Of a DNA stretch of 64,000 bases, positions 1 through 9,257 are shown one piece after another (position 1 is the first letter of the stretch; every line of letters begins with the position of its first letter). Where the stretch lies: NCBI GenBank assembly GCA_964291675.2, contig OZ219866.1:3360001-3424000 (forward strand), written 5' to 3'. Under the pieces are notes generated by a model, which saw only the letters and a list, made by a program, of their open reading frames with translations, was not told the origin of the DNA and did no database searches. Both the position numbers and the translations under genes were made by a program. This stretch comes from Alphaproteobacteria bacterium (GTDB taxonomy: Bacteria; Pseudomonadota; Alphaproteobacteria; MPNO01).

Positions 1-1
1 C

Positions 2-739
2 GAACACACGCAGATCGAGGCCATCCCGGGATTGATCCGAACAGGCGAGGGATTCAAACAGCTCATCGAGCCGGTCATCGACGATCTGTCGGGAACGCTA
101 CCCGGCCCGGCCGTCTACGCGCTGAACTTCCCCATCGACACCCATCTCGGGGTGAGTCCGGCGGAACTCGACCGAATCCGGCGGAGGCTCATCGCTTGGA
201 TTCGGGCGCAGGCTCAGTCCCTGTACGACAGGAACAGGGACGACCTCGAACGGGAGTACATATCTCCGCGCAACCTCGATTCCATCGAGGCCAGGCCGCC
301 GGGCTTCCCCTATTCGGTGCGTCTCTGGATCGGTGCGGCGCGCTCCGAGTCGCAGCGGGGGGCTCTCCTACCCGCGCGCCTCAGCCTGGAAGACGAGGAA
401 TTGGAAGCTTGTCGTTCAGACCGGTTGTGGCAGGCACTTGATCGCAAGTGTCCGAAGCTTCAGCGCTGCAAGCAGGATGGCGCACGGACTGTGCTGGTGC
501 TGGAGAGCGACGACATCGCCCTCACGAACCAAGTTCTCGTCGGCGAATGTCTCTCTGCCCTACTGCCCGAGCGCACGGATCTGCCGGACGAGATTTACTT
601 GGTGGAGACCGCGGTGAAGTCCTGGACAGTACGCTGTATGAAGCTCGACGCCGAGCATTGGCCCGTGGAGCACTTGGACGAGCCGGTGATGTGCCATGTG
701 GACGACCTGATCGACCTGAGTGAAGCCATCACGGCGTGA
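2..739 (+). CDS. Hypothetical protein, 5'-truncated by the window edge
   Basis: Frame open from position 2 to TGA at 737-739. Globular-looking sequence (VLVLESDD, LPDEIYLVET); no family recognised. Confidence 0.7.
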   Translation, partial: EHTQIEAIPGLIRTGEGFKQLIEPVIDDLSGTLPGPAVYALNFPIDTHLGVSPAELDRIRRRLIAWIRAQAQSLYDRNRDDLEREYISPRNLDSIEARPPGFPYSVRLWIGAARSESQRGALLPARLSLEDEELEACRSDRLWQALDRKCPKLQRCKQDGARTVLVLESDDIALTNQVLVGECLSALLPERTDLPDEIYLVETAVKSWTVRCMKLDAEHWPVEHLDEPVMCHVDDLIDLSEAITA

Positions 740-879
740 CCTCCGGCAGGTTGAGCGTGGATGCCTCCATCAGCGCTCTTGGCGCCGACTGGTGCGCAAC
801 TCTTCGCGAGTCGATCTGTTATCTCCCGCTACCCATGAGGCCGACCGGAAGCCGCGCGGCGGCCGACCGGGAGGGATGG

Positions 880-1100
880 CGGCGGCGCCAGTGGATGCCC
901 GGATCAAGTCCACTGCTGTCCGGTTTAGATTTTCGACGCGGGCTCCGCGCCCGTGAGCATCTGCATCTCCGCTCCCGCTGTTGCCCATACGTCATGGCCG
1001 GACTTGATCCGGGCACCCATGCGGCCTCTCGGCGCGCACGACGGCGGGCGGGAGAGGCAGCGGCGCCAGTGGATGCCCGGATCAAGTCCGGGCATGACGG
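880..1100. repeat. REP-like palindrome cluster, family A (GTCATGGCCGGACTTGATCCGG...GATGCCCGGATCAAGTCCGGGCATGAC)
   Basis: Inverted palindromic halves at ~991-1015 and ~1070-1098, plus a variant at 890-940. The motif recurs across the window. Confidence 0.85.
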
Positions 1101-1134
1101 GGGGAGGCGGCCGTATCGACGGACCGCCACCCCC

Positions 1135-1611
1135 TCACACCCGCTCCAGCGGCAGCGCGGTCGCGTACTTCACCTGGTTGAGGGCGAAGCTCGACTTGAT
1201 CGAGGCGACGCCGGCGACCCTGGTCAGGTGCTCTTTCAGGAAGCGCTCGTAGGCCGTCAGGTCGGAGACCACGACGCGGAGCAGGTAGTCGGCGTCGCCG
1301 GTCATCAGGTAGCACTCCATCACCTCGGGGCGGCCGCCGACGGCGCGCTCGAAGGTCTCCAGCGCCCGCTCGATCTGGCGTTCCAGCGTCACCTGCACGA
1401 ACACCGAGATCGCCAGCCCCACCGCGCCGGGCTCGACCAGCGCCGCGTAGCCCTTGATCACGCCCCCGCGCTCCAGCGCGCGCACCCGGCGCAGGCAGGG
1501 CGACGGCGACAGCCCGACCGCCTCGGCAAGCGCCGCGTTGGAGATCCGCGCATCCGCCTGGAGCACGCCGAGGATGCGGCGGTCGATCGCATCGAGCTCG
1601 GGGTTTGGCAT
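1135..1611 (-). CDS. Lrp/AsnC family transcriptional regulator
   Basis: LDAIDRRIL...LAEAVGLSPSPCLRRVRALE HTH and ECYLMTGDADYLLRV RAM domain; divergent from the E1-like gene. Confidence 0.95.
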   Translation of the reverse strand: MPNPELDAIDRRILGVLQADARISNAALAEAVGLSPSPCLRRVRALERGGVIKGYAALVEPGAVGLAISVFVQVTLERQIERALETFERAVGGRPEVMECYLMTGDADYLLRVVVSDLTAYERFLKEHLTRVAGVASIKSSFALNQVKYATALPLERV

Positions 1612-1757
1612 AACCTGCCTCCGATATGCCGTCTGCGCGGGTTTCGTTGCGCAGACCCTGCATTTCGCGCAGCCCTTCGCAAGATAATTCTTTGCCGCCC
1701 GGCCTATACTTCGTCTCCGCGGGGCCCGCCGCGCCCCGCCCGGCCCGGGAGCAAGCG

Positions 1758-4136
1758 ATGTCCAGCCTGTCAGCCGAGTTGGCGCATCCGGCGCGCGCGC
1801 CGGCCGACCGCCGCGCGATCCTGGCGGCGCTCGAACGCAAGGTGCTGTGGCTCGCCGCCTGGACCATCCACCACGCGAACCACGTGAGGCCGTCGCGCGA
1901 CGGGCTCAAGGTGGGCGGGCACCAGGCGTCCTGCGCCTCGATCGCCTCGATCATGACGGCGCTCTATTTCGACGTGCTCAGGCCGGAGGACCGCATCGCC
2001 GTCAAGCCGCACGCCGCCCCCGTGTTCCACGCCATCCAGTATCTGTTCGGGCGCGAGAGCCGCGAGCGGCTGGAGGGTTTCCGCGCGCTCGGCGGCGCCC
2101 AGGCCTACCCCTCGCGCACCAAGGATCGCGACGTCGACTTCTCCACCGGCTCGGTCGGGCTCGGCGCGGCGCAGACCGTGTTCGCCGCGCTGGCGCGCGA
2201 CTACCTCGCCTGCAAGGGGCTGATCGAGCAGGGCTCGGGCGGGCGCATGATCGCCCTGGTCGGCGATGCCGAGCTCGACGAGGGCAACGTGTTCGAGGCG
2301 CTGCTGGAGAGCTGGAAGCACGACGCGCGCGATCTCTGGTGGGTGGTCGACTACAACCGCCAGAGCCTCGACTCGGTGGTCTCGGACCGGCTGTTCGGGC
2401 GCATCGACGAGCTGTTCCGCTCGGTCGGCTGGCGGGTGGCGACGCTCAAATACGGCCGCAAGCTGGAGACCGCCTTCGCCGAGCCCGGCGGGCAGGCGCT
2501 GAAGCGCTGGATCGACGCCTGCCCCAACTCGCTCTACTCGGCGCTCACCTTCAAGGGCGGCGCGGGGTGGCGCGAGCGCCTGGCGCGCGATCTCTCCGGC
2601 GACGCCGAGGCCCTGGCGCTGATCGCGCGGCGCGACGACGCGGCGCTGCACGCGCTGATGACCAACCTCGCCGGCAACGACCTCGACATGCTGCTGGAGG
2701 CGTTTCGCGGCATCGACGACGACCGGCCGACCTGCCTGATCTGCTACACCACCAAGGGCTACGGCCTCCCCTTCGCCGGGCACAAGGACAACCATGCCGG
2801 GCTGATGACGCCAGACCAGATGGCAGCGTTCCGCGCCGGGATGGGGATCGCGCCGGGCGAGGAGTGGGAGCGCTTCGCCGGGCTCGACATCGCCGCCGAC
2901 GAGCTCGAGGCGTTTCTCGCCGCCGCCCCCTTCGCCGCGTCGTTCCCGCGGCGGCGCGCGGCGGCGCGCATCGCCGTGCCGGCGCGCATCGAGGCGCCTG
3001 CGCGGGAGAGGATGTCGACCCAGGACGGGTTCGGGCGCATCCTCGCCGAGATCGCGCGCGCGGGCGGCGAGCTGGCCGAGCGCATCGTCACCACCTCGCC
3101 CGACGTGGCGGTCTCGACCGGGCTCGGCTCCTGGGTCAACCGGCAGGGCGTGTTCGCCCGCCAGCGCGCCGCCGACACCTATGCCGAGGAGGCGGTGCTC
3201 ACGCCGCAGCTTTGGGCGATGTCGCCCGAGGGCCGGCATGTCGAGCTCGGCATCGCCGAGAACAACCTGTTCCTGATGCTGTCGGCCTTCGGGCTCGCCG
3301 CCGGGACGTTCGGTGCAAGGCTGCTGCCGGTCGGCACGCTGTACGATCCGTTCATCCGGCGCGGGCTGGATGCGCTGCACTACGCCTGCTACCAGGACGC
3401 GCGGTTCATGCTGGCGGCGACGCCGTCGGGCGTCACGCTGGCGCCGGAGGGCGGCGCGCACCAGTCGCAGGAGACCCCGCTGATCACCCTCGGCCAGGCC
3501 GGGCTCGCCGCCTTCGAGCCCGCCTTCGTCGACGAGCTCGCCGAGATCGTCGCCTGGGGCTTTGGCCACATGCAGGCGGATGACGGCGGCTCGGTGGCGC
3601 TCCGCCTGTCGACGCGGGCGGTCCGCCAGCCGGTGCGCGCCGACGCGGGCTGGCGCGCGGGCACCATCGCCGGCGCCTATTGGCGGGACGGCGCGCCGCC
3701 CGAGGGCGCCGGGCTCGCCGTCGCCTATATGGGGGCGATGGCGCCCGAGGCCGAGGCGGCGGTCGCGGCGCTGCGTGAGGACCTGCCCGATGCCGCCCTG
3801 CTCGCCGTCACCTCGCCCGACCGGCTGCATGCCGGCTGGCTCGCCGCCCGCCAGGCGCGCATCGCCGGCGACCGCCGGCGCACCGCGCCGATCGAGGATC
3901 TGCTCGCCCCGCTCGCCGCCGACGCCGCCCTGGTCACCGTGCTCGACGGCCACCCGGCGGCGCTCTCCTGGCTGGGCTCGGTCGCCGGGCACCGCATCTA
4001 CCCGCTCGGCGTGGCCGGCTTCGGCCAGTCCGGCGACATCCCCGACCTGCACGCCGCCTGCGGCATCGACGCCGCCGCCATCATCGACGCCGCCGCCCGC
4101 GCCGCGATCCGCCGCTTCCGCCCGCCCGCCCCCTGA
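1758..4136 (+). CDS. TPP-dependent 2-oxoacid dehydrogenase E1 (AceE/MdeB-type) / transketolase-like protein
   Basis: KVGGHQAS, FSTGSVGLG, TPP motif GDAELDEG...DYN, ELGIAE, EGGAHQS. Start set at ATG 1758 after GGAG. Confidence 0.9.
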   Translation: MSSLSAELAHPARAPADRRAILAALERKVLWLAAWTIHHANHVRPSRDGLKVGGHQASCASIASIMTALYFDVLRPEDRIAVKPHAAPVFHAIQYLFGRESRERLEGFRALGGAQAYPSRTKDRDVDFSTGSVGLGAAQTVFAALARDYLACKGLIEQGSGGRMIALVGDAELDEGNVFEALLESWKHDARDLWWVVDYNRQSLDSVVSDRLFGRIDELFRSVGWRVATLKYGRKLETAFAEPGGQALKRWIDACPNSLYSALTFKGGAGWRERLARDLSGDAEALALIARRDDAALHALMTNLAGNDLDMLLEAFRGIDDDRPTCLICYTTKGYGLPFAGHKDNHAGLMTPDQMAAFRAGMGIAPGEEWERFAGLDIAADELEAFLAAAPFAASFPRRRAAARIAVPARIEAPARERMSTQDGFGRILAEIARAGGELAERIVTTSPDVAVSTGLGSWVNRQGVFARQRAADTYAEEAVLTPQLWAMSPEGRHVELGIAENNLFLMLSAFGLAAGTFGARLLPVGTLYDPFIRRGLDALHYACYQDARFMLAATPSGVTLAPEGGAHQSQETPLITLGQAGLAAFEPAFVDELAEIVAWGFGHMQADDGGSVALRLSTRAVRQPVRADAGWRAGTIAGAYWRDGAPPEGAGLAVAYMGAMAPEAEAAVAALREDLPDAALLAVTSPDRLHAGWLAARQARIAGDRRRTAPIEDLLAPLAADAALVTVLDGHPAALSWLGSVAGHRIYPLGVAGFGQSGDIPDLHAACGIDAAAIIDAAARAAIRRFRPPAP

Positions 4137-4218
4137 GCCACCAGCCGCCTCCCCCGCCCCCCTCCGCTACAGCCCCGGTGCCCCCCGACCACGCCGCATC
4201 CCCCACAAAATTTCCGCT

Positions 4219-4249
4219 ATTGACAATCATTCGCATCGCAACATATTGT
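4219..4249 (+). promoter_or_regulatory. Putative sigma70 promoter overlapping a Fur/iron-box-like site upstream of bfd
   Basis: ATTGACAATCATTCGCAT holds TTGACA and resembles the GATAATCATTNNCA iron-box consensus; CATATT follows; AT-rich patch before an iron gene. Confidence 0.55.
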
Positions 4250-4284
4250 CATTCGCGTCTGGGATTGGGGCGGCATTTGGCGCC

Positions 4285-4464
4285 ATGTATGTCTGCATCT
4301 GCAACCGCCATCGGGAGTGCGACTTGCGCGATCTCGCGGCGGGCGGGGCGCGGTCGGCGGAGGAGGCCTATTCGGCGCTCGGCGGCGAGCCGCGCTGCGG
4401 GCGCTGCCTGGGCTTCGCGCAGCGGCTGATGGACGAGGTCTCGGCGCAGGCGGGGCGGCGCTGA
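4285..4464 (+). CDS. bfd: Bacterioferritin-associated (2Fe-2S) ferredoxin
   Basis: MYVCICN...CGRC, 59 aa, adjacent to bfr. Confidence 0.9.
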   Translation: MYVCICNRHRECDLRDLAAGGARSAEEAYSALGGEPRCGRCLGFAQRLMDEVSAQAGRR

Positions 4465-4468
4465 CGCC

Positions 4469-4936
4469 TCACGCGCTGTGGTGCTGGATGAAGTTTTCCG
4501 GCCCCATGCGCTCGATCAGCCCGAGCTGGGTCTCCAGCCAGTCGACATGCGCCTCCTCGCCCTCCAGGATCTTCTCCAGCAATTCGCGGGTGATGTAGTC
4601 CCCCTCCGCCTCGCAGGCGGCGATCGCCTCGCGCACCGCCGGGATCGCGGCGTGCTCCAGCCTGAGGTCGCATTCGAGGATCTCGCGCGCCGTCTCGCCG
4701 ATCAGCAGCTTGCCGATATCCTGCAGATTGGGCAGCCCCTCGAGGAACAGGATGCGCTCGACCAGCGCGTCGGCATGGCGCATCTCGTCGAGCGATTCGT
4801 CGTACTCGTGCTTGGCGAGGCCGGCGATCCCCCAGTTCTTCAGCATCCTGGAGTGCAGGAAGTACTGGTTGATGGCGGTCAGCTCGTTGAGCAGAACGCG
4901 GTTGAGATGCTCGATGATCGCAGCACTTCCCTGCAC
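4469..4936 (-). CDS. bfr: Bacterioferritin
   Basis: ELTAINQYFLH, DEMRHAD, ERILFLEGLPNLQ, EEAHVDWLETQL. Confidence 0.97.
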   Translation of the reverse strand: MQGSAAIIEHLNRVLLNELTAINQYFLHSRMLKNWGIAGLAKHEYDESLDEMRHADALVERILFLEGLPNLQDIGKLLIGETAREILECDLRLEHAAIPAVREAIAACEAEGDYITRELLEKILEGEEAHVDWLETQLGLIERMGPENFIQHHSA

Positions 4937-5004
4937 GATGCCCTCCCTGTCCGGTCCGCTTGCCCTGGCGGCGGGCGGCGACTATACCATGGCGCCGCCC
5001 GCAG

Positions 5005-5089
5005 GCGGGTGTGGTGGAACTGGTAGACACGCCGGATTTAGGATCCGGTGGCGCAAGCCATGGGGGTTCGAGTCCCTCCGCCCGCACCA
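5005..5089 (+). tRNA. tRNA-Leu (anticodon TAG)
   Basis: GCGGGTG/CGCCCGC acceptor stem, CCGGA-TTTAGGA-TCCGG anticodon arm, long variable arm, GGTTCGAGTCC, 3' CCA. Confidence 0.95.
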
Positions 5090-5125
5090 TCCCCGCCGCC
5101 CGACGACAGGACCCACGGGACCGCC

Positions 5126-6481
5126 ATGCAAGTCACCCAGATCAGCGCCGACGGGCTCAAGCGGGCCTACCGCATCAGCGTCCCCGCCGCCGACATCGAG
5201 GACAAGGTGGTCGCCCGGCTGACCGATCTCGGCCGCGAGGCGCGCATCCCCGGCTTCCGCGCCGGCAAGGCGCCGCTCGCCATCTTGCGCCGGCGCTTCG
5301 GCGAGGCGGTCAGGGGCGAAATTCTGCAATCGGCGATCGTGGATGCGACGCAGAGCGCGATCGATGGCGAGGGCATCCGCCCGGCCATGCAGCCCGACAT
5401 CGAGGACCTCGAATTCGAGGACGGCAAGGACCTCGAATACACGCTTGCGCTGGAGCTGATGCCCGAGATCGAGCCGCCCGACCTCGCGGCGCTCGCGCTG
5501 GAGCGCATGGTGGTCGCGGTCGACGAGGCGCGGGTCGAGGAGGCGATCGGCCGCCTCGCCGAACGGCACCGGCATTTCAGCCCGGCGGCCGACGGCGCGG
5601 CGGCCGCCGACGGCGACGAGCTGGTGATCGACTTCGAGGGCAGCATCGACGGCGAGCCCTTCGAGGGCGGCGCGGCGGAGGATTTCGTGCTCCGCCTGGG
5701 CTCGGACCGCTTCGTCCCCGGCTTCGAGGCGCAGCTCGTCGGCGCGCGGGCGGGCGATGAGAAGACCGTCGCGATCGACTTCCCCGACGACTACCCGAAC
5801 GACGCGCTCGCCGGCAAGGCGGCGAGCTTCGCCGTCGCCGTCAAGGAGTTGCGCAGCGCCGACGCGCTCCTGATCGACGACGCGCTCGCCAAGCATCTCG
5901 GCGCCGAGGACCTCGATGCGCTCAGGACCGCGATCCGGGGACAGATCGAGGACGAGTTCGCCAGCCTCTCGCGCGCCCGGCTCAAGCGCTCGCTGCTCGA
6001 CACGCTGGCCGAGCGCGACGGGTTCGACCTGCCGCCCGGCATGGTGGAGCGCGAGTTCGAGACCATCTGGAGCCAGGTCGAGGAGGCGAAGCGGAAGGGC
6101 GATCTCGACGCCGACGACGAGGCGCTCGCCGAGGACGAGCTGCGGGCGCGCTACCGCACCATCGCCGAGCGCCGGGTCCGCCTCGCGCTGATCCTGTCGG
6201 AGATCGGCCGGGCCAACAACATCCAGGTGAGCGAGGACGAGCTCAACCGGGCGATGATGGAGCAGGCCCGCATGATGCCCGACCGGGCGGCGCAGGTCTT
6301 CGAGTTCTACCGCGACAACCCCGACGCGATGCAGTCGCTGCAGGCGCCGATCTTCGAGGACAAGGTGGTGGATTTCGTCATCGAGATGGCGCAGGTGACG
6401 GAGCGCGCGGTCGAGCTCGACGAGCTCACCGCCGAGCCCGCCGATGGGGACGCCGCGCCGGAGGAGGGGCAGGACGGATGA
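5126..6481 (+). CDS. tig: Trigger factor
   Basis: PGFRAGKAP ribosome-binding signature, FKBP domain (IDFEG, FVPGFE, FPDDY), [11 protein letters not shown]. Confidence 0.97.
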   Translation: MQVTQISADGLKRAYRISVPAADIEDKVVARLTDLGREARIPGFRAGKAPLAILRRRFGEAVRGEILQSAIVDATQSAIDGEGIRPAMQPDIEDLEFEDGKDLEYTLALELMPEIEPPDLAALALERMVVAVDEARVEEAIGRLAERHRHFSPAADGAAAADGDELVIDFEGSIDGEPFEGGAAEDFVLRLGSDRFVPGFEAQLVGARAGDEKTVAIDFPDDYPNDALAGKAASFAVAVKELRSADALLIDDALAKHLGAEDLDALRTAIRGQIEDEFASLSRARLKRSLLDTLAERDGFDLPPGMVEREFETIWSQVEEAKRKGDLDADDEALAEDELRARYRTIAERRVRLALILSEIGRANNIQVSEDELNRAMMEQARMMPDRAAQVFEFYRDNPDAMQSLQAPIFEDKVVDFVIEMAQVTERAVELDELTAEPADGDAAPEEGQDG

Positions 6482-7124
6482 GCACGGACGCGAGGATGAA
6501 CGCCCTGGTGCCGATGGTGGTCGAGCAGACCAACCGCGGCGAGCGGGCCTACGACATCTTCTCCCGGCTGCTGAAGGAGCGCATAATCTTCCTGATCGGC
6601 GGGGTCGACGATGCGGTCGCCTCGCTGATCTGCGCCCAGATGCTGTATCTCGAATCGGAGAACCCGACCAAGGACATCGCGTTCTACGTCAACTCGCCGG
6701 GCGGGCTGGTGACCTCGGGGCTCGCGGTCTACGACACCATGCAGTACATCCGCCCGGAGATCTCGACGGTGTGCATCGGCCAGGCCGCCTCGATGGGCTC
6801 GCTGCTGCTGGCCGCCGGCGCCAAGGGCAAGCGCTACTCGCTGCCGCATGCGCGGATCATGGTGCACCAGCCCTCGGGCGGGTTCCAGGGCCAGGCCTCC
6901 GACATCGAGATCCACGCGCGCGAGATCCTGACCCTGCGCGGGAGGCTCAACCGGATCTATGTCGAGCACACCGGCCAGGACATCGGCACCATCGAGGAGG
7001 CGATGGAGCGCGACCGCTTCCTGTCGCCCGACGACGCCAAGGCGTTCGGCATCATCGACGAGGTCGTCGCCAGCCGCCCCGCCCCCGAGGCCGAGCCCGC
7101 CAGCGGCGGGTGAAGGGGGGGGAC
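6146..7124 (+). repeat. Direct repeat copy 1 (tig 3' end + clpP)
   Basis: Near-identical to 11719-12698 at offset 5573; I counted about 9 substitutions by eye. Confidence 0.95.
6478..7113 (+). CDS. clpP: ATP-dependent Clp protease proteolytic subunit, copy 1
   Basis: [30 protein letters not shown]. Confidence 0.98.
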   Translation: MSTDARMNALVPMVVEQTNRGERAYDIFSRLLKERIIFLIGGVDDAVASLICAQMLYLESENPTKDIAFYVNSPGGLVTSGLAVYDTMQYIRPEISTVCIGQAASMGSLLLAAGAKGKRYSLPHARIMVHQPSGGFQGQASDIEIHAREILTLRGRLNRIYVEHTGQDIGTIEEAMERDRFLSPDDAKAFGIIDEVVASRPAPEAEPASGG

Positions 7125-7452
7125 CCGTCCGTCGTTTCGACCGCAGCTCCAAAGACGCGAAGCGGAAAGAGCCGTTGCTTGAGGGGCAGGACGCCTCCGC
7201 CCCGCGCGGACGCCCCGCCGTTCCCGAAAGCCATCATCCCTGGCCGCCGGGAGAGGCAACTGTCAGGCGATTGCCCTATCTGTACAAACCGAAGGCGATT
7301 GAGGTCGCCGTCACATCCACGACAAGTTCTTCCACTAACCAACTAGTCGGCCATTCTCGGAACAGGCGCTAATTGTGTCGGAATGTCATAACACGATCTT
7401 GTTGTGAGCAATGGCGAGCCAATACGCGCCAGGACGTCAGCGTTGCCCCGTA

Positions 7453-7875
7453 CTACTTGTTTCCCGCCGCCACCAAGTGCGGCCTGAATCCCGACTCGTC
7501 CGGCATGATCTCCGTGTAATGGCAGTACCCCTCTGCCGTACGAACTTCCGCCGCCCGTTCGATCCACTTCTGAGTCCGTAGAAGGCCAACGAACAGCGTC
7601 AGCGCATTGCCATCCTGAATTCGGTGGAACGTCTCTCGCGTGTACATCCCGAACGACAGGAAACTACGCCGCCGAGGAGGACCCCCCTCTTTGCCGACGA
7701 CTTCCAGCAGTGTGCCTCTGAGCACGATCCCGAAGGCTAATGCCCACGGGTGGCTGTGCAAGCGCTCAGTGCTCTCCTGACCGCCGTATTGGTGTACGTA
7801 AACTGTAATCCAATGCCCGCGCAGCCCACGCCGATGGAGCCACGAGCCTTGAATTTTTACGTTGATGGTTCTCAT
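7453..7875 (-). CDS. Small cupin-fold protein
   Basis: RLHSHPW...IVLRG...E and FHRI...LTLFV match cupin motifs 1 and 2; GAGGA RBS; last gene of the cassette. Confidence 0.65.
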   Translation of the reverse strand: MRTINVKIQGSWLHRRGLRGHWITVYVHQYGGQESTERLHSHPWALAFGIVLRGTLLEVVGKEGGPPRRRSFLSFGMYTRETFHRIQDGNALTLFVGLLRTQKWIERAAEVRTAEGYCHYTEIMPDESGFRPHLVAAGNK

Positions 7876-7880
7876 GTCCT

Positions 7881-8588
7881 CTACGTCTTACCCGCTGCGC
7901 CCTCGACCCCTGATGTCGAAGCGATGCACGCACCTGCCCACCGCCAGCTGTCGATGAGTCCAATGCATCGCTCGATCACGGCTCGGCTGGTTAGAGAGCT
8001 GTCTACTATCGCATCGGCCGCCAAAGGCAACTTGTCCGTCATGTCTGCTTCGACGACATGACTTGACGCCCTGTCGAAGTCCTCCGATTCCGTGGCAGAT
8101 CGTTCTCCGACCCGGATCGAGCGCAATCTGGAGTCCGTCTCCAGGTAAATCATGCGCATCTCAGAAGGTGCCGCCATCCGAATGAGATGCGGCAGCACGT
8201 CGACATGCCGCACGCCGTCCAACACGAAATCCTCGCCGGGAACGAACCCTCCCGCTGCTAGCACGTCCCTGCAAAACGCCTCCGCGTCTTGCTCAATCCG
8301 GTATTGACCAAGATCTTGAAGCAACTCCCGGCAATCGGGATCGCTCCCGCGCGCTGCCAACACGTTGCTCAGGTAGCCGCCAAAGCTGGTGTACCCACAC
8401 CCCAGGGCTTTCGCGACCGCGACGCTTGTCGAGGTCTTGCCGCTGCCGATCTTTCCCGAAAAGCACACGAGCACGGCATTCGGCATTATCCGGGCGGAAT
8501 CCGTATCAGTACCAGACACCTCGTGCCCGGTCTGTGTGCCGCCTTCCGCGGCTCCGTCCGTGCTCATCTCGGGTCTCCCTCGCTCCAC
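7881..8588 (-). CDS. P-loop nucleotide-monophosphate-kinase-like protein (start uncertain)
   Basis: Walker A SGKIGSGKTS, RELLQDLG, VLDGVRH and ADAIVDS follow the dNMP/dephospho-CoA kinase-like pattern. Confidence 0.8.
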   Translation of the reverse strand: MERGRPEMSTDGAAEGGTQTGHEVSGTDTDSARIMPNAVLVCFSGKIGSGKTSTSVAVAKALGCGYTSFGGYLSNVLAARGSDPDCRELLQDLGQYRIEQDAEAFCRDVLAAGGFVPGEDFVLDGVRHVDVLPHLIRMAAPSEMRMIYLETDSRLRSIRVGERSATESEDFDRASSHVVEADMTDKLPLAADAIVDSSLTSRAVIERCIGLIDSWRWAGACIASTSGVEGAAGKT

Positions 8589-8653
8589 TGGTTACAGCTC
8601 TCCACCGATCGCGTCTCATGAATTTCGCCGTCCCATCGACCACGCTCTCACGC

Positions 8654-9247
8654 TCACCAAACCGAGGGAGGAGCTTGTCGCAGGTTCGGCACCTTGACGG
8701 GTATCTCTGCCAACTCGGGCAGACGATCGTCAAGAAAACAATCCACCAGTGCAGCGCAGTACTCCTGCTCCTCGGCGGTCAATTCCCTGCCTTTCGGAAT
8801 GTTATGCCAGTACTCAAGGCAGGTCCGGCAACATGTGGCCGTCGCGTGCTGGGCGTAGAATATGGCGTTCCCTTCGAACGGCGTCTGGCGTCCGTCCCGG
8901 GCGGGCTGCGCAGGAGCGAGATACTTGGTGAGCCGGTGCCGTGCCGCCTCTTTGAGCCGAATTCGACCCTTCCGCTGTGCATGCCGAACAGCCTTCTCGT
9001 CAAGTTTCCTGTGGAAGAAGTAGTGCCGGATCATCTCGTTCCTTAAAGCCGCGAAGGTGTACTCGACATCACCGAAGTCGCGCACGTGAAGCCTATTCCA
9101 GTCCACAAGATCAGCACCGCAGTACCGGCACCTCCCGCGTTGCTCCTGGGTCATCTTCTTCAGCTGTTTGAAGCAATGCAGATCATTCTCGCAGTCCGCC
9201 GACGTGCACTTGATGTTGAGGGGTGGCGGTCTTTGAAACTCGGGCAT
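8654..9247 (-). CDS. DUF4186 family protein with a Cys-rich N-terminal extension
   Basis: DGRQTP..GNAIFYAQHATATCCRTCLEYWHNIPKGRELT matches DUF4186; extra CTSADC..HC and CRYC; GAGGAG RBS. Confidence 0.85.
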   Translation of the reverse strand: MPEFQRPPPLNIKCTSADCENDLHCFKQLKKMTQEQRGRCRYCGADLVDWNRLHVRDFGDVEYTFAALRNEMIRHYFFHRKLDEKAVRHAQRKGRIRLKEAARHRLTKYLAPAQPARDGRQTPFEGNAIFYAQHATATCCRTCLEYWHNIPKGRELTAEEQEYCAALVDCFLDDRLPELAEIPVKVPNLRQAPPSVW

Positions 9248-9257
9248 TCGGATCTCC

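Noticed and set aside
5005-5089. tRNA as integration site for the island
   Set aside because: No duplicated tRNA 3' end or integrase seen; the island boundaries map to the tig/clpP repeat.
7125-7450. AT-richer spacer after the first clpP, possible sRNA or att site
   Set aside because: No convincing ORF, repeat partner or recognisable RNA structure by eye.
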